From Actinomycetes bacterium (lineage in GTDB: Bacteria; Actinomycetota; Acidimicrobiia; Acidimicrobiales; JAJYXR01), in NCBI GenBank assembly GCA_021801525.1, contig JAJYXW010000040.1:1-61546 (forward strand): DNA of 61,546 nucleotides, given 5' to 3'. The position numbers were made by a program, and so were the translations under genes. The notes below the pieces were generated by a model. The model was given only the letters and a program-made list of their open reading frames with translations. It ran no database searches and was not told the origin of the DNA. Positions 43,270 through 52,523 of the stretch are shown here, in pieces (position 1 is the first letter of the stretch; every line of letters starts with the position of its first letter).

Positions 43270-44346
43270 TTATGCGGAGATCAGCGCCGCCAGCACCCCG
43301 CGGGCCTCGGCGAGCTCCGCTTCGCTCACGTGCTCGTCCGGAGAATGCGCAAGCGAAGGGTCGCCAGGCCCGAAGTTGGCTGCTGGCACGCCTGCGGCGA
43401 AGAACGTCGCCACGTCAGTCCAACCGACCTTGGCCTCAGGAGGGCGACCGGTGGCCCCGACGAGCTTCGCTATCAGCGGGTGGCGGAGAAAGGGCGGCGC
43501 GCCAGGCGCGATGTCCAGGACCTCCACTCTGTCGCCGATTACTTCGTCGAGCACAGGGGAAAGCAGGCGGCGCAACTCGGCTTCGGCCTCAGCTTCGGAG
43601 CGGTCCGGCGCGAAGCGATAGTTCAGGGTGAGCTCTGCCTCTCCGGGCACGACGTTACCTGCCACTCCCCCCTCGACGCGCACTGCCTGGAGCTGATCGG
43701 CATACTCGCAGCCGTCGAGCTCCACCCTGCGTGAGTCGTAGGACCCGAGCAGCGCGAGCAGGGGGGCCATGCGGTGGATGGCGTTCGTGCCCATCCAAGG
43801 GCGTGCAGTGTGCGCCGGACGCCCGCTGAGCCTCACGCGAGCACGCATTGTGCCCTGGCACCCGGCCTGCACGACTCCGCCTGTCGGCTCACAGAGCACG
43901 GCTGCGTCCGCGGCGATCACCTCGGGGCTCTCCACGGCGATGCGGCCGAGAGCGTTCTCGGAATGGTCGATCTCCTCGCAGGCGTAGAACACGTAGGTGA
44001 GGTCCACGACCGGCTCCTCAACAGTGCGCGCCAGGTCCAAGAGGACCGCTATGCCACCCTTCATGTCGACCGAGCCCACGCCCCAGAGTGTGCCCTCCTC
44101 CACTCGTGCGCGCTCGTTGCCGGCGGGACGCACGGTGTCCATATGGCCGGCCAAACAGACTCTCTCAGCACGGCCGAGCCCCGTCCGTGCCACCACTGAG
44201 TCACCCACTCTCAGCACGTCCAGATGTGAGCACGAGCGCAGGTCCGCCTCGAGGATCCCGGCCAGCCGGCCCTCCTTCCGGCTCTGCGAGGGGATGTCCA
44301 CGAGGGCAGCCGCCAAGTCGAACAGGTCATCGGGCAGCTCCTTCAC
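43270..44346 (-). CDS. dapE: succinyl-diaminopimelate desuccinylase (M20 peptidase)
   Basis: ..LVDIPSQSRKEG..LAGHMDTV..GSVDMKGG..; actinobacterial DapE layout; GTG start. Confidence 0.85.
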   Translation of the reverse strand: MKELPDDLFDLAAALVDIPSQSRKEGRLAGILEADLRSCSHLDVLRVGDSVVARTGLGRAERVCLAGHMDTVRPAGNERARVEEGTLWGVGSVDMKGGIAVLLDLARTVEEPVVDLTYVFYACEEIDHSENALGRIAVESPEVIAADAAVLCEPTGGVVQAGCQGTMRARVRLSGRPAHTARPWMGTNAIHRMAPLLALLGSYDSRRVELDGCEYADQLQAVRVEGGVAGNVVPGEAELTLNYRFAPDRSEAEAEAELRRLLSPVLDEVIGDRVEVLDIAPGAPPFLRHPLIAKLVGATGRPPEAKVGWTDVATFFAAGVPAANFGPGDPSLAHSPDEHVSEAELAEARGVLAALISA

Positions 44347-44408
44347 GACCGGCGCGCCTTCACGAGCTGTGCGCCTTCACGAGCAGTGCTTCTTCACGGG
44401 ACGTGATC
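44341..44408 (-). repeat. 17-bp tandem repeat, 4 copies, forming three GTGA-linked 6-codon mini-ORFs that end on the dapE start codon
   Basis: Minus-strand GTGs at 44397, 44380, 44363 and 44346. The mini-ORFs are GTG AAG AAG CAC TGC TCG TGA, GTG AAG GCG CAC AGC TCG TGA and GTG AAG GCG CGC CGG TCG TGA. Each TGA overlaps the next GTG, and the last GTG is the dapE start. Confidence 0.95.
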
Positions 44409-44458
44409 CCTGACGAACAGTGCTCGAGTCCAGATGATCTCTTGAGCACGGGAGGCGC

Positions 44459-45340
44459 CTACGTGGCTACGCCGTGGTCGCGAAGCAGCGACTCGAGCTG
44501 TGTCTTGTCGTGGCGCTCGCCTTCTTCGAGGTACCTCAAGACGAGAACGCACGGGAGGAAGAACTCCCCTCCTGGCAAGACACGGCGTCGGGAGGCGCTC
44601 ACCGCAACACACCACGGCGGGACCTCGCCTCGGGCAAGCTCATCACCGGTCTCGGCGTCGATGACGGGAATGGACGGGTTCAAGATGGTGCCCGCCCCGA
44701 GCACGGCCCCCTCTCCCACCCGGGCACCGTCGGTCACCATGCATCGGCTCCCGATGAAGGCGTCGTCACCCACCACGACCGGCTTGGCCCCAGGGGGCTC
44801 GAGCACACCACCGATACCTACACCGCCCGACAGGTGAACGCGCTCGCCGATCTGCGCGCAACTCGCTACCGTCGCCCAGGTGTCGACCATGCTGCCGGCG
44901 CCGACTCGGGCGCCGATGTTCACGTAGCTAGGCATGAGCACCACCCCCGGCCCCAGATAGGAGCCCCAGCGTGCGGAGGCACCGGGCACCACCCTCACAC
45001 CTGCGCGTGCGAAGCCTCTCTTCAGCGGGAGCTTGTCGGCATACTCGAAAGGACCTACCTCGGTCGTTGCGATCTCCTTCAGGCGGAACAGGAGCAATAT
45101 CGCGTACTTGAGCCACAGGTTCACCTTCACCGTGCCGCTTCCCGACACCCCGCCGCCACCAGGCATCGCGTCGCCACCGTGCGCCCCGGCGTCTACGGGC
45201 TCCACGTACGCGACACGCGCCTCTCCTGCGTCAAGGAGCTCGATGGCCTCGGTCACGCTCCCGAGCGCGTCCTCGTCGCCGGGCCGGAGCTCGCCTGCCC
45301 GCTCCCACAACTCCTCTATCCTCTCCTGCAAGCCGGGCAT
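44459..45340 (-). CDS. dapD: 2,3,4,5-tetrahydropyridine-2,6-dicarboxylate N-succinyltransferase
   Basis: Hexapeptide-repeat C-terminal half (..IGARVGAGSMVDTWATV..GVGIGGVLEP..VGDDAFIGSRC..). The N-terminal domain is typical of actinobacterial DapD. Confidence 0.85.
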   Translation of the reverse strand: MPGLQERIEELWERAGELRPGDEDALGSVTEAIELLDAGEARVAYVEPVDAGAHGGDAMPGGGGVSGSGTVKVNLWLKYAILLLFRLKEIATTEVGPFEYADKLPLKRGFARAGVRVVPGASARWGSYLGPGVVLMPSYVNIGARVGAGSMVDTWATVASCAQIGERVHLSGGVGIGGVLEPPGAKPVVVGDDAFIGSRCMVTDGARVGEGAVLGAGTILNPSIPVIDAETGDELARGEVPPWCVAVSASRRRVLPGGEFFLPCVLVLRYLEEGERHDKTQLESLLRDHGVAT

Positions 45341-45364
45341 CTCCCGAGGCTAGCAAGCCTGGCC

Positions 45365-46615
45365 TCAGCGCTTGCCGGGTCCCAGGGTCCCTACTGCCTC
45401 GAGGCGCCTGCAGGCTTCCTCGATGCGCTCGTCTGGCTGGACCGCGGCCACCCGCACGTACTTCGACCCTGCTTCACCATAGAAGTCGCCCGGGCTCACG
45501 AGGATGCCTGCTGCTTCGGCGAGCGCTTCGGCAAGCACCCATGCGGGCATGGAACCAGCGCTATCGCGTGCCCATTCGGGAGCCTCGACCCACAGGTAGA
45601 ACCCCCCGTCGGGCAGCCCGCAGGCGACCCCCGCGGATCCGAGAGCCCCGGCGAGCCGTTCCAGACGATGCCGGTAGCGCCCGCGCTGCTCGGCGACGTG
45701 ACGGTCGTCCACTAGTGCGTGTACTCCCGCGAGCTGGGCCGGGCCCGGGACCATCAGGCCGGCGTGCTTTCGCACCTCCGACAGGTAGCCGACCAGCTCG
45801 GCGTCCCCGGCATAGAACCCCACCCGTACGCCTGCGAGATTGGAGCGCTTGGAGAGTGAATGGACGGCAAGCAGCCCCTCCAGGCCGTGCTGGAGGATGC
45901 TCTCGGGTGGCCTGGCCCAGGTGAGCTCCACGTAACACTCGTCCGAGAACACCGGTACGCCGTTCTCCCGACCCCAAGCTGCAGCCGCTCCGAGGTCGGT
46001 GAGCCTACCCGTAGGGTTGGCGGGGCTGTTCACCCATAGGACCAGCGCCCGCCCGGCATCATCGGGGTCGATCGCACCGAGGTCTACACCGCCCCCAGGG
46101 GCCTCGGGCACCCCGACCGAACGGCAACCGGCGAGCGTCGCGCTCATGGCGTAGGTCGGGTACGAGAGTGCCGGATGGAGCACGGTGTCGCGGCCCGGCG
46201 AACGCAGCCTGAGGTACCAGGCGCTCGAGGCCACCATCTCCTTGGTGCCTATGCAGGCGGCGATGGAATCTGCCGGGAGCTCGACCCCGAATCGCCTCGA
46301 CATCCAAGACAGCGCCGCCTGGCGAAGCTGCAGGCTGCCGGCCGACGGCGGGTAGCCACGCTCTGCCCCCGATGATCCAAGAGCCGCCAGCACGTCCGGC
46401 GGAGGAGGATCGCATGGATTTCCCACCGACAGGTCGATCAGGCCAGCGCCACCCGCGTGCAGGATCCGGGCGCGCTCTGCAAGTGCCGCTAGGCGGTCGT
46501 AGGGATACGGCGGCGGGACGAACCCGGGCGCGACACCTGCCGGGCACCCTGGTCCAGCACCATTCACAGGACCGCTCGCGGGAGCATTTACGGGATCACT
46601 CGCTAGACCACTCAC
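45365..46615 (-). CDS. dapC: succinyldiaminopimelate aminotransferase (class I/II aminotransferase)
   Basis: ..SVGNPCDPPP..; PLP-lysine motif SLSKRSNLAGVRVGF. GTGA overlap with the hflX stop. Confidence 0.75.
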   Translation of the reverse strand: MSGLASDPVNAPASGPVNGAGPGCPAGVAPGFVPPPYPYDRLAALAERARILHAGGAGLIDLSVGNPCDPPPPDVLAALGSSGAERGYPPSAGSLQLRQAALSWMSRRFGVELPADSIAACIGTKEMVASSAWYLRLRSPGRDTVLHPALSYPTYAMSATLAGCRSVGVPEAPGGGVDLGAIDPDDAGRALVLWVNSPANPTGRLTDLGAAAAWGRENGVPVFSDECYVELTWARPPESILQHGLEGLLAVHSLSKRSNLAGVRVGFYAGDAELVGYLSEVRKHAGLMVPGPAQLAGVHALVDDRHVAEQRGRYRHRLERLAGALGSAGVACGLPDGGFYLWVEAPEWARDSAGSMPAWVLAEALAEAAGILVSPGDFYGEAGSKYVRVAAVQPDERIEEACRRLEAVGTLGPGKR

Positions 46616-47874
46616 GGGAGCGCGAACTCCGCGAAACGGCCGGCGGCTGCGTCGTCTAGCACCACGTCCACCATCGTCGCACCTTCGGACATGGCAGTGC
46701 CTATGACCTCTCCTTCCCGGTGCAATGCGGCAAGGACGTCACCGCGGCCGAAGGGAACCACCAGGCGCATCACCTTGTCAGACCGCCGCAGCCGAGCCGC
46801 GAGGGCCGCCACGAGCTCCTCTGCCCCCTCGCCGGTCGCCGCCGAGACGACGACCGATCCGTCCTCAGCGCGTGCCAGGCGCGACGCCGATACGCGGTCC
46901 CGATCGGACTTGTTCACCACGAGGATCTCCGGCACTTCCCCGGCCCCGATCTCCGCCAGGACGATGCGAACAGCCCCCATGCGCTCGGCAGCATCTTCCG
47001 CGCTGCCGTCCACTACGTGGAGCAGCAGGTCCGCGTCACGCACGACGTCGAGCGTCGACTTGAACGCCTCCACCAGCTGGTGAGGCAGCTTGCGCACGAA
47101 CCCGACCGTGTCGGAGAGGAGCACTGTCTCCCCCCCGGGCATCGCAAGGCGCCTTGTCCTCGGGTCGAGAGTCGAGAACAGTCGGTCCTCCACTAGCACC
47201 CCTGCGCCCGTGAGCATGTTCAGCAGCGTGGACTTGCCGGCGTTGGTGTACCCGACGAGCGAGACTGACCTCTGGCGCGAGCGCCTCCTCGCGCGGGCCT
47301 GTGTCTGGCGGGTGCGCCCGACATCGCGCAGCTCACGTTCCAGGCGGGCGACACGCTCGAGCAGTCTCCGACGGTCCACCTCGAGCCGGGTCTCGCCCGG
47401 GCCCCGCGTGCCGATCCCACCCGCCTGCTGGCTGAAGCTCGCTCCCCTGCCGCGCAGCCTGGGCAGCCGGTAGCGGAGCAGGGCCAGTTCGACCTGTGCC
47501 TTTCCCTCCTCGGAGCGGGCGTTCTGGGCGAATATGTCCAGGATCACGGCGGTCCGGTCGATAGCCGTTCTACCCAGTATCTTCTCGAGGTTGCGCTGCT
47601 GGGCAGGGCTCAGCTCGTCGTCGAACACGACCGTGTCCGCGTCCTCGCTCTCGGATCGCTCACGCAGCTCCTCCACCTTGCCCCGGCCGACGAAGGTAGC
47701 GGGGTCGGGCCGGTCGCGCCTCTGCACGACGCGGTCCACCACGTCGGCCCCGGCAGTGTCGACAAGCAGGGCCAGCTCGTCGAGCCCCCGTTCGACCTCG
47801 TCGAGGGAGCTCCAGGGGAAGGCTACGCCCACGAGGACTATGCGCTCCCTGAAGCGCCTCTCGATGAGAGTCAC
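46612..47874 (-). CDS. hflX: GTPase HflX
   Basis: ..DELSPAQQRNLEKILG..DRTAVILDIFAQNA..LRYRLPRL..; G1 motif GYTNAGKST. The GTG at 47874 forms a GTGA with the dapF stop. A start further upstream through the GHEAH(R/G) repeat cannot be excluded. Confidence 0.8.
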   Translation of the reverse strand: MTLIERRFRERIVLVGVAFPWSSLDEVERGLDELALLVDTAGADVVDRVVQRRDRPDPATFVGRGKVEELRERSESEDADTVVFDDELSPAQQRNLEKILGRTAIDRTAVILDIFAQNARSEEGKAQVELALLRYRLPRLRGRGASFSQQAGGIGTRGPGETRLEVDRRRLLERVARLERELRDVGRTRQTQARARRRSRQRSVSLVGYTNAGKSTLLNMLTGAGVLVEDRLFSTLDPRTRRLAMPGGETVLLSDTVGFVRKLPHQLVEAFKSTLDVVRDADLLLHVVDGSAEDAAERMGAVRIVLAEIGAGEVPEILVVNKSDRDRVSASRLARAEDGSVVVSAATGEGAEELVAALAARLRRSDKVMRLVVPFGRGDVLAALHREGEVIGTAMSEGATMVDVVLDDAAAGRFAEFALP

Positions 47875-49016
47875 CGGCTGCCTCCCGTGCGCCTCATGTC
47901 CCCTGTGCGCCTCGTGTCCCCCGTGCGCCTCATGTCCCCTGTGCGCCTCGTGTCCCCCGTGTGAAGCTCTCCTTGCAGGCTCTGGTCCCTGAGTGCGTCG
48001 GCTGGGGGCAGCTCTGCCAGGATCTCGCCTACTCGCACGCTCGGACCCCCGAGGCGCGCCCGGTATGCGGGGCTTACTTCCGGGCCGCTCCCCTGCCCGC
48101 CAACCTCGCCAGGCTCCAGGTGGACCTCCAGGACGCCACCGGGGTTTCGCACCCGCACGTCGCTCGCGCACATACCTGCGTCGTGCACGACCGCGACGGC
48201 AGCGCAGGTGCCTGTGCCGCAGGCAAGAGTCGCGCCGGCACCGCGCTCCCACACGACGAGCTCCAGGTCGCCGCACTCCAGAGGCGAGCCGGCGCTTACA
48301 GCAGGCCACACGAGCTCGAGATTGGTCCCACCCGGCAGGCACTTTTCTATGGCCGGACCGTGGGCATAGAGAACATCTGCGTCGGGTCGGGAGGCGAGCA
48401 CTACCACGAGGTGAGGGTTTCCGACGCTCGCCAACCGGGCCATCAGGAACGGTACGGCATCGGGGAGGATGGCCTCTCCCACCCGCGGCCAGCGATCGTC
48501 CGAGGCGTCCCATGTCCCCCCGAGCGACACCTCGCCCATGTCCACGCTGGCGAAGCCACTCGCCCTCCCCGTAACCCGGTAATCCACGAGGCGCAGACCT
48601 GCCGCTGTCGACACTCCAATGCTCCCCGGTTCGACAATCCCCACATCGACCGCCGCCTGGACGAGGCAGCGGATCCCATTCCCGCTCATCTCCGCCACCG
48701 AGCCGTCCGCGTTGCGAAGCTCCATGCAAAGTGCAGCGCCGCCAACCGCTGCACGCGACCGAGCACTCGCGCGCGACAGCGCAGTGGCCGGCGACCCAGC
48801 GCTCGCGCGCGCTCCCACGGCAGCTCCCCCCGGGCTGACCCTCATCACGCCGTCGGCCCCGATGCCGTGGTGGCGGTCACAGAGCCAGCGCACCTCGTCC
48901 GGGTCGAGGGCATGGTCCCCAGTCATGTCGACGATGACGAGGAAGTCATTGCCTGCTCCTTGGTACTTGGTCAGGCGGAGCGTGCCGGAGGGTTGGGTTG
49001 GTGGGCTTTCGCTCAC
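47871..49016 (-). CDS. dapF: diaminopimelate epimerase
   Basis: LRLTKYQGAGNDFLVI..; ..SGNGIRC..; ..ACGTGTCA... GTG 49016 forms a GTGA with the miaA stop. The C-terminal ~45 aa tail runs through the 18-bp repeat. Confidence 0.8.
   Translation of the reverse strand: MSESPPTQPSGTLRLTKYQGAGNDFLVIVDMTGDHALDPDEVRWLCDRHHGIGADGVMRVSPGGAAVGARASAGSPATALSRASARSRAAVGGAALCMELRNADGSVAEMSGNGIRCLVQAAVDVGIVEPGSIGVSTAAGLRLVDYRVTGRASGFASVDMGEVSLGGTWDASDDRWPRVGEAILPDAVPFLMARLASVGNPHLVVVLASRPDADVLYAHGPAIEKCLPGGTNLELVWPAVSAGSPLECGDLELVVWERGAGATLACGTGTCAAVAVVHDAGMCASDVRVRNPGGVLEVHLEPGEVGGQGSGPEVSPAYRARLGGPSVRVGEILAELPPADALRDQSLQGELHTGDTRRTGDMRRTGDTRRTGDMRRTGGSR
47887..47958. repeat. 18-bp tandem repeat, 4 copies (GTGCGCCTC(A/G)TGTCCCC(T/C)), at the dapF/hflX junction
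   Basis: Translates as TGD(T/M)RR in the dapF frame and GHEAH(R/G) in the hflX frame. Confidence 0.9.
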
Positions 49017-50014
49017 CGGGCTCCCCCCGCAGGCACGGCCCGGACCGGCTGCGCGTCCGCGGACGCGTCGTAGGCCTGGAGGAGCTGCGCCAGCAGATCG
49101 CCACTCGGGTCGAGCCAGGTGATCCGGGGATCGCGCCTGAACCACGCCCATTGGCGGCGGGCGAATGCTTTCGTCCGGCGCTTGGCCTCGGCGATCGCGC
49201 GCTCTAAGGCAGCCTTGCTCCCTTCGCCTCCCTCGACGTAAGCGAGCAGCTCCCTGTATCCGAGCGCCTGGCGGGCGGTTCGTGAGAGCCCACCGGGCCT
49301 CCTCGCCAGCGCCCTCACTTCGTCCAGCAGGCCGAGATCCATCATGGCGTCGAAACGTTCGTCGATGAGCCTCCCGTGGAGCTCCGGGTCGAAGCGGATG
49401 CCGACCATGTGCACCTTCGTCACGGGGAACGAGCCGAGCCCGGGGCCATAGGAGGAGAAGGGCCTGCCCGAACCGATCGTCACCTCGAGGGCCCTCACCA
49501 GGCGCCTGCGATTGCCTGGCTCCATCCTCGCGGCCGCGATCGGGTCCAGGCGCTGCAGGCGGGCGTAGAGCTCGGCAAGACCGCCTCGACGATCGGCCTC
49601 CGACTCCAGTGATGCCGCGACGACCGGGTAGCGACCCGGCAGCTCCAGGCAGTCCACGACCGCCCTCAGGTAGAGACCCGTTCCCCCCACGAGGAGCGCC
49701 TTGTGCCCCCGGTCCTCGATTGCTGCGAGCGCCGCGCTCGCCCACGCCTGGAAGTCCCGGACCGACACCTCCTCGTCAGGATCGACCATGTCGACGAGAT
49801 GCATCCTCACCTCGCCGAGCTCCCCGGCAGCCGGTTTCGCAGTCCCGATGTCCATACCCCGGTATAGAGCCATCGAGTCCACCGAGACGAGCTCGATCTC
49901 GGGACGGGGCCGAGCGCGGCACAGCGCCAGCGAGAGCGATGTCTTGCCCGAAGCGGTCGGTCCCACGAGAGCGAAGGGGTCCACGGCCTGGCAGCTACCT
50001 CCACGCGGCAGCAA
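49013..50014 (-). CDS. miaA: tRNA dimethylallyltransferase
   Basis: ..LVGPTASGKTSLSLAL..VSVDSMALYRGMDIGTAKP.. Confidence 0.9.
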   Translation of the reverse strand: MLPRGGSCQAVDPFALVGPTASGKTSLSLALCRARPRPEIELVSVDSMALYRGMDIGTAKPAAGELGEVRMHLVDMVDPDEEVSVRDFQAWASAALAAIEDRGHKALLVGGTGLYLRAVVDCLELPGRYPVVAASLESEADRRGGLAELYARLQRLDPIAAARMEPGNRRRLVRALEVTIGSGRPFSSYGPGLGSFPVTKVHMVGIRFDPELHGRLIDERFDAMMDLGLLDEVRALARRPGGLSRTARQALGYRELLAYVEGGEGSKAALERAIAEAKRRTKAFARRQWAWFRRDPRITWLDPSGDLLAQLLQAYDASADAQPVRAVPAGGAR

Positions 50015-51473
50015 CCGGAATGGCCCGCCGGCGGGCCGGTGTGCTCACGAGCTCGACGGGCACGCCCGTCAGGTGGTGAGGAGCCGCTCCGGTGACGCGT
50101 ACTTTCAAGTACGACCCGGGGTGGCTCTCGGCCACCTCCTCGGCGCGGAAATGCACCAGCTTGCCCTGGCGCGTCCTGCCGCTCAGAAGTGCCGGGTTCC
50201 TCTTGGAGGGACCCTCGACCAATACCTCCTCCTCGCGTCCCACCCTGGCCCGGTGGCAGGCGAGGGCAGAGCGCTGGACCACCTCCGCGAGGCGAGCGAA
50301 GCGCTCGGAGACGATCTCGGGCGCAACGAAATCCGCCTCCATCGTGGCCGCCCTGGTGCCTGGCCTGGGAGAGAAAACGAAGGTGTAGGCGCTGTCGAAA
50401 CCGGCCTCGGCTACCACCTCGAGGGTCCTCTCCGCGTCGTCGTCGGTCTCACCGGGGAAGCCCACGATGAGGTCCGTGGTGACCGCCAGGTCTGGTATGG
50501 CCTTCCGTGCAGCCGCCAGGCGCTCGAGGTAGCGCTCCGCGCTATAGCCACGTCGCATCCGCGCTAGCACCCGGTCGCTCCCCGACTGCAAAGGAAGGTG
50601 CAACTGCTCGCAGATCGCCGGGGTCGTCGCCATTGCCTCGATCGTCTCCGGACGCAGGTCTTTGGGATGGGGGCTGGTGAAGCGAACACGCCGGATACCC
50701 TCCACCGACCCCACCTGGCGCAGCAGGTCCGCGAACAAAGGGCGGCGGCGCGTGATGTCGCGCCCGTAGGAGTTGACGTTCTGGCCGAGCAGCGTCACCT
50801 CGGTGACGCCTCGGCGCGAGAGAGCACTGACCTCGGCGAGGATCGCCGATAGAGGCCGGCTCACCTCCGCACCCCGGACCATGGGAACTGTGCAGAACGT
50901 GCAGGAGTTGTCACAGCCCCGTTGGATGGTCACGTACGCCGACGGCGCTGCCCCCCGAAGCGACCCGGGCGCGCCCTCACCAGCCTGGCCACTCGAGCCC
51001 ACCAGGGCCCACTCTTCGCTCTCCAGATCTACATCCCGGGGGTCGTCGCTCGGGGGACCGTCCAGCACCTCCACCACCGGTTCGTCACCTACCTGATCGA
51101 GCAATCGCGCCAGGCTCGCGATGTTGTGGGTGCCAAACACGACGTCGACGTGGCTTGCACGATCGAGCAGGCTGTGACGCTCGCGCTGGGCGAGGCAGCC
51201 TCCGACCGCGATCACGAGACCGGGCCGGCTCTCCTTCAGCGACTTCAGATGACCCAGGTGCCCGTAGAGCTTGTTGTCGGCGTTCTCCCGGATGCAGCAG
51301 GTGTTCAGGACCACCACGTCGGCGTGCTCGGCGTCATCCGCAGGCTCCATGCCCTCCCGGGCCAAAAGCGCCGCGATCTGCTCCGAGTCATGGTCGTTCA
51401 TCTGGCACCCGAAGGTGCGGACGAAGAAGCTTCGGGGCACCGCCCAAGTGTAGACACCGCGCCGGCTGGGCAC
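49995..51473 (-). CDS. miaB: tRNA-i6A37 methylthiotransferase (radical SAM)
   Basis: FFVRTFGCQMNDHDSE..; radical-SAM motif CDNSCTFC; TRAM domain at the C-terminus. Confidence 0.9.
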   Translation of the reverse strand: MPSRRGVYTWAVPRSFFVRTFGCQMNDHDSEQIAALLAREGMEPADDAEHADVVVLNTCCIRENADNKLYGHLGHLKSLKESRPGLVIAVGGCLAQRERHSLLDRASHVDVVFGTHNIASLARLLDQVGDEPVVEVLDGPPSDDPRDVDLESEEWALVGSSGQAGEGAPGSLRGAAPSAYVTIQRGCDNSCTFCTVPMVRGAEVSRPLSAILAEVSALSRRGVTEVTLLGQNVNSYGRDITRRRPLFADLLRQVGSVEGIRRVRFTSPHPKDLRPETIEAMATTPAICEQLHLPLQSGSDRVLARMRRGYSAERYLERLAAARKAIPDLAVTTDLIVGFPGETDDDAERTLEVVAEAGFDSAYTFVFSPRPGTRAATMEADFVAPEIVSERFARLAEVVQRSALACHRARVGREEEVLVEGPSKRNPALLSGRTRQGKLVHFRAEEVAESHPGSYLKVRVTGAAPHHLTGVPVELVSTPARRRAIPVAAAWR

Positions 51474-51484
51474 GGGCGGAGTCA

Positions 51485-51504
51485 GCTGGGACCGGCTGGG
51501 ACCG
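51485..51504. repeat. 10-bp tandem duplication (GCTGGGACCG), 2 copies, upstream of miaB
   Basis: Read directly. Confidence 0.7.
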
Positions 51505-51564
51505 TCCTAGGCCGGAGCCGCCTTCAGGATATGCCGGGCGTGTGGCGAATCCCGGGACGGTGGT

Positions 51565-52431
51565 TCACGGATCGATCGTGAGCCCCTGTAGGTCGGGATG
51601 AACTTCGAGCGCGCGACCCGGAGTGCCGAAATACTCGAGGATGCCCTCGGCCTCGTCCCTGACGCGCTCGGATTCGGCTCCGTCGCAGATGGCAAGCAGG
51701 CTCGGACCGGCTCCGGACCAGCAAGCCGCCAGCGCCCCCTTCTCGACCAGCCGGGCGAGTATCTGTGGGGCCTCCGGGAAGAGGGGGATCCGGTAGTCCT
51801 GGTGAAGCCGGTCCTCTGTCGCCTCGTGCACCAGCACGTTACGGTCCGCGAGCCCAGCTAGGAGCAACGCGAGGCGACCCAGGTTGAACGTGGCATCGCT
51901 ACGGCTCACCTGGTGGGGAAGCAACTGGCGCGCTCGGGCAGTCGGGAGCGGCCGCTCGGGGACCACCACCACGAAGCCGAGCCGCATGTCGAGCGGCAGC
52001 CGCACCGCACGCACCGCACCCCGCACGAGCGTGGCCGCTACCAGCCCCCCGACGACCGATGCGGCAGCGTTCTCGGGATGGCCGTCGACCCTTGCCGCTA
52101 CGGCCAGGGGATCGCGCGAGCCCGCCGCAGCCGCAGCAGCTACGGCCAGCGACGCGGAGGAGCCGAGTCCTCGGGCGACCGGGATCTCCGAGGTCACGCT
52201 CACTGCAAGGCGCTCGTGCCCGGCCACGTCGATAGCAACACGTGCAGCGAGGTGCGAGGCGTCGTCGGCCAATCCTGCCCCCTCCCCTTCGGTGCGAACG
52301 ATCAGGCGGTTCGCCGGACGTACGTCCACCTCCACGTAGAGCGACATGGCCAGCGCGAGCACGTCGAAACCGGGTCCGAGGTTTGCACACGAGGCAGGGG
52401 CGCGGGCACGCACGCTGACACGGTAATGCAC
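51565..52431 (-). CDS. thrB: homoserine kinase (GHMP kinase)
   Basis: ..APASCANLGPGFDVLA..; GHMP motif ..IPVARGLGSSAS.. Confidence 0.8.
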   Translation of the reverse strand: MHYRVSVRARAPASCANLGPGFDVLALAMSLYVEVDVRPANRLIVRTEGEGAGLADDASHLAARVAIDVAGHERLAVSVTSEIPVARGLGSSASLAVAAAAAAGSRDPLAVAARVDGHPENAAASVVGGLVAATLVRGAVRAVRLPLDMRLGFVVVVPERPLPTARARQLLPHQVSRSDATFNLGRLALLLAGLADRNVLVHEATEDRLHQDYRIPLFPEAPQILARLVEKGALAACWSGAGPSLLAICDGAESERVRDEAEGILEYFGTPGRALEVHPDLQGLTIDP

Positions 52432-52523
52432 GCGCGCCCTCTTCTGCCCGAGAAGCCACGACGGAGCACGCAGGCGCCGGCGCGTTCAGTGATCGCTTCC
52501 GCCGCCGTTGGTAGTCTTTCGCG

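Noticed and set aside
46612-48729. 705-aa ORF taken as a single giant HflX.
   Set aside because: Only the C-terminal ~420 aa resemble HflX. The N-terminal ~285 aa are Arg-rich and overlap the well-supported dapF frame. A GTG at 47874 forms a GTGA junction with the dapF stop.
47871-49745. 624-aa ORF taken as a long DapF.
   Set aside because: The upstream 243 codons overlap miaA out of frame. The DapF motif LTKYQGAGNDFLV begins right after GTG 49016.
51565-52431. IspE (CDP-ME kinase) as an alternative call for the GHMP kinase.
   Set aside because: The N-terminal ..SCANLGPGFDVLA.. motif and the 288-aa length fit homoserine kinase better. The call remains motif-based only.
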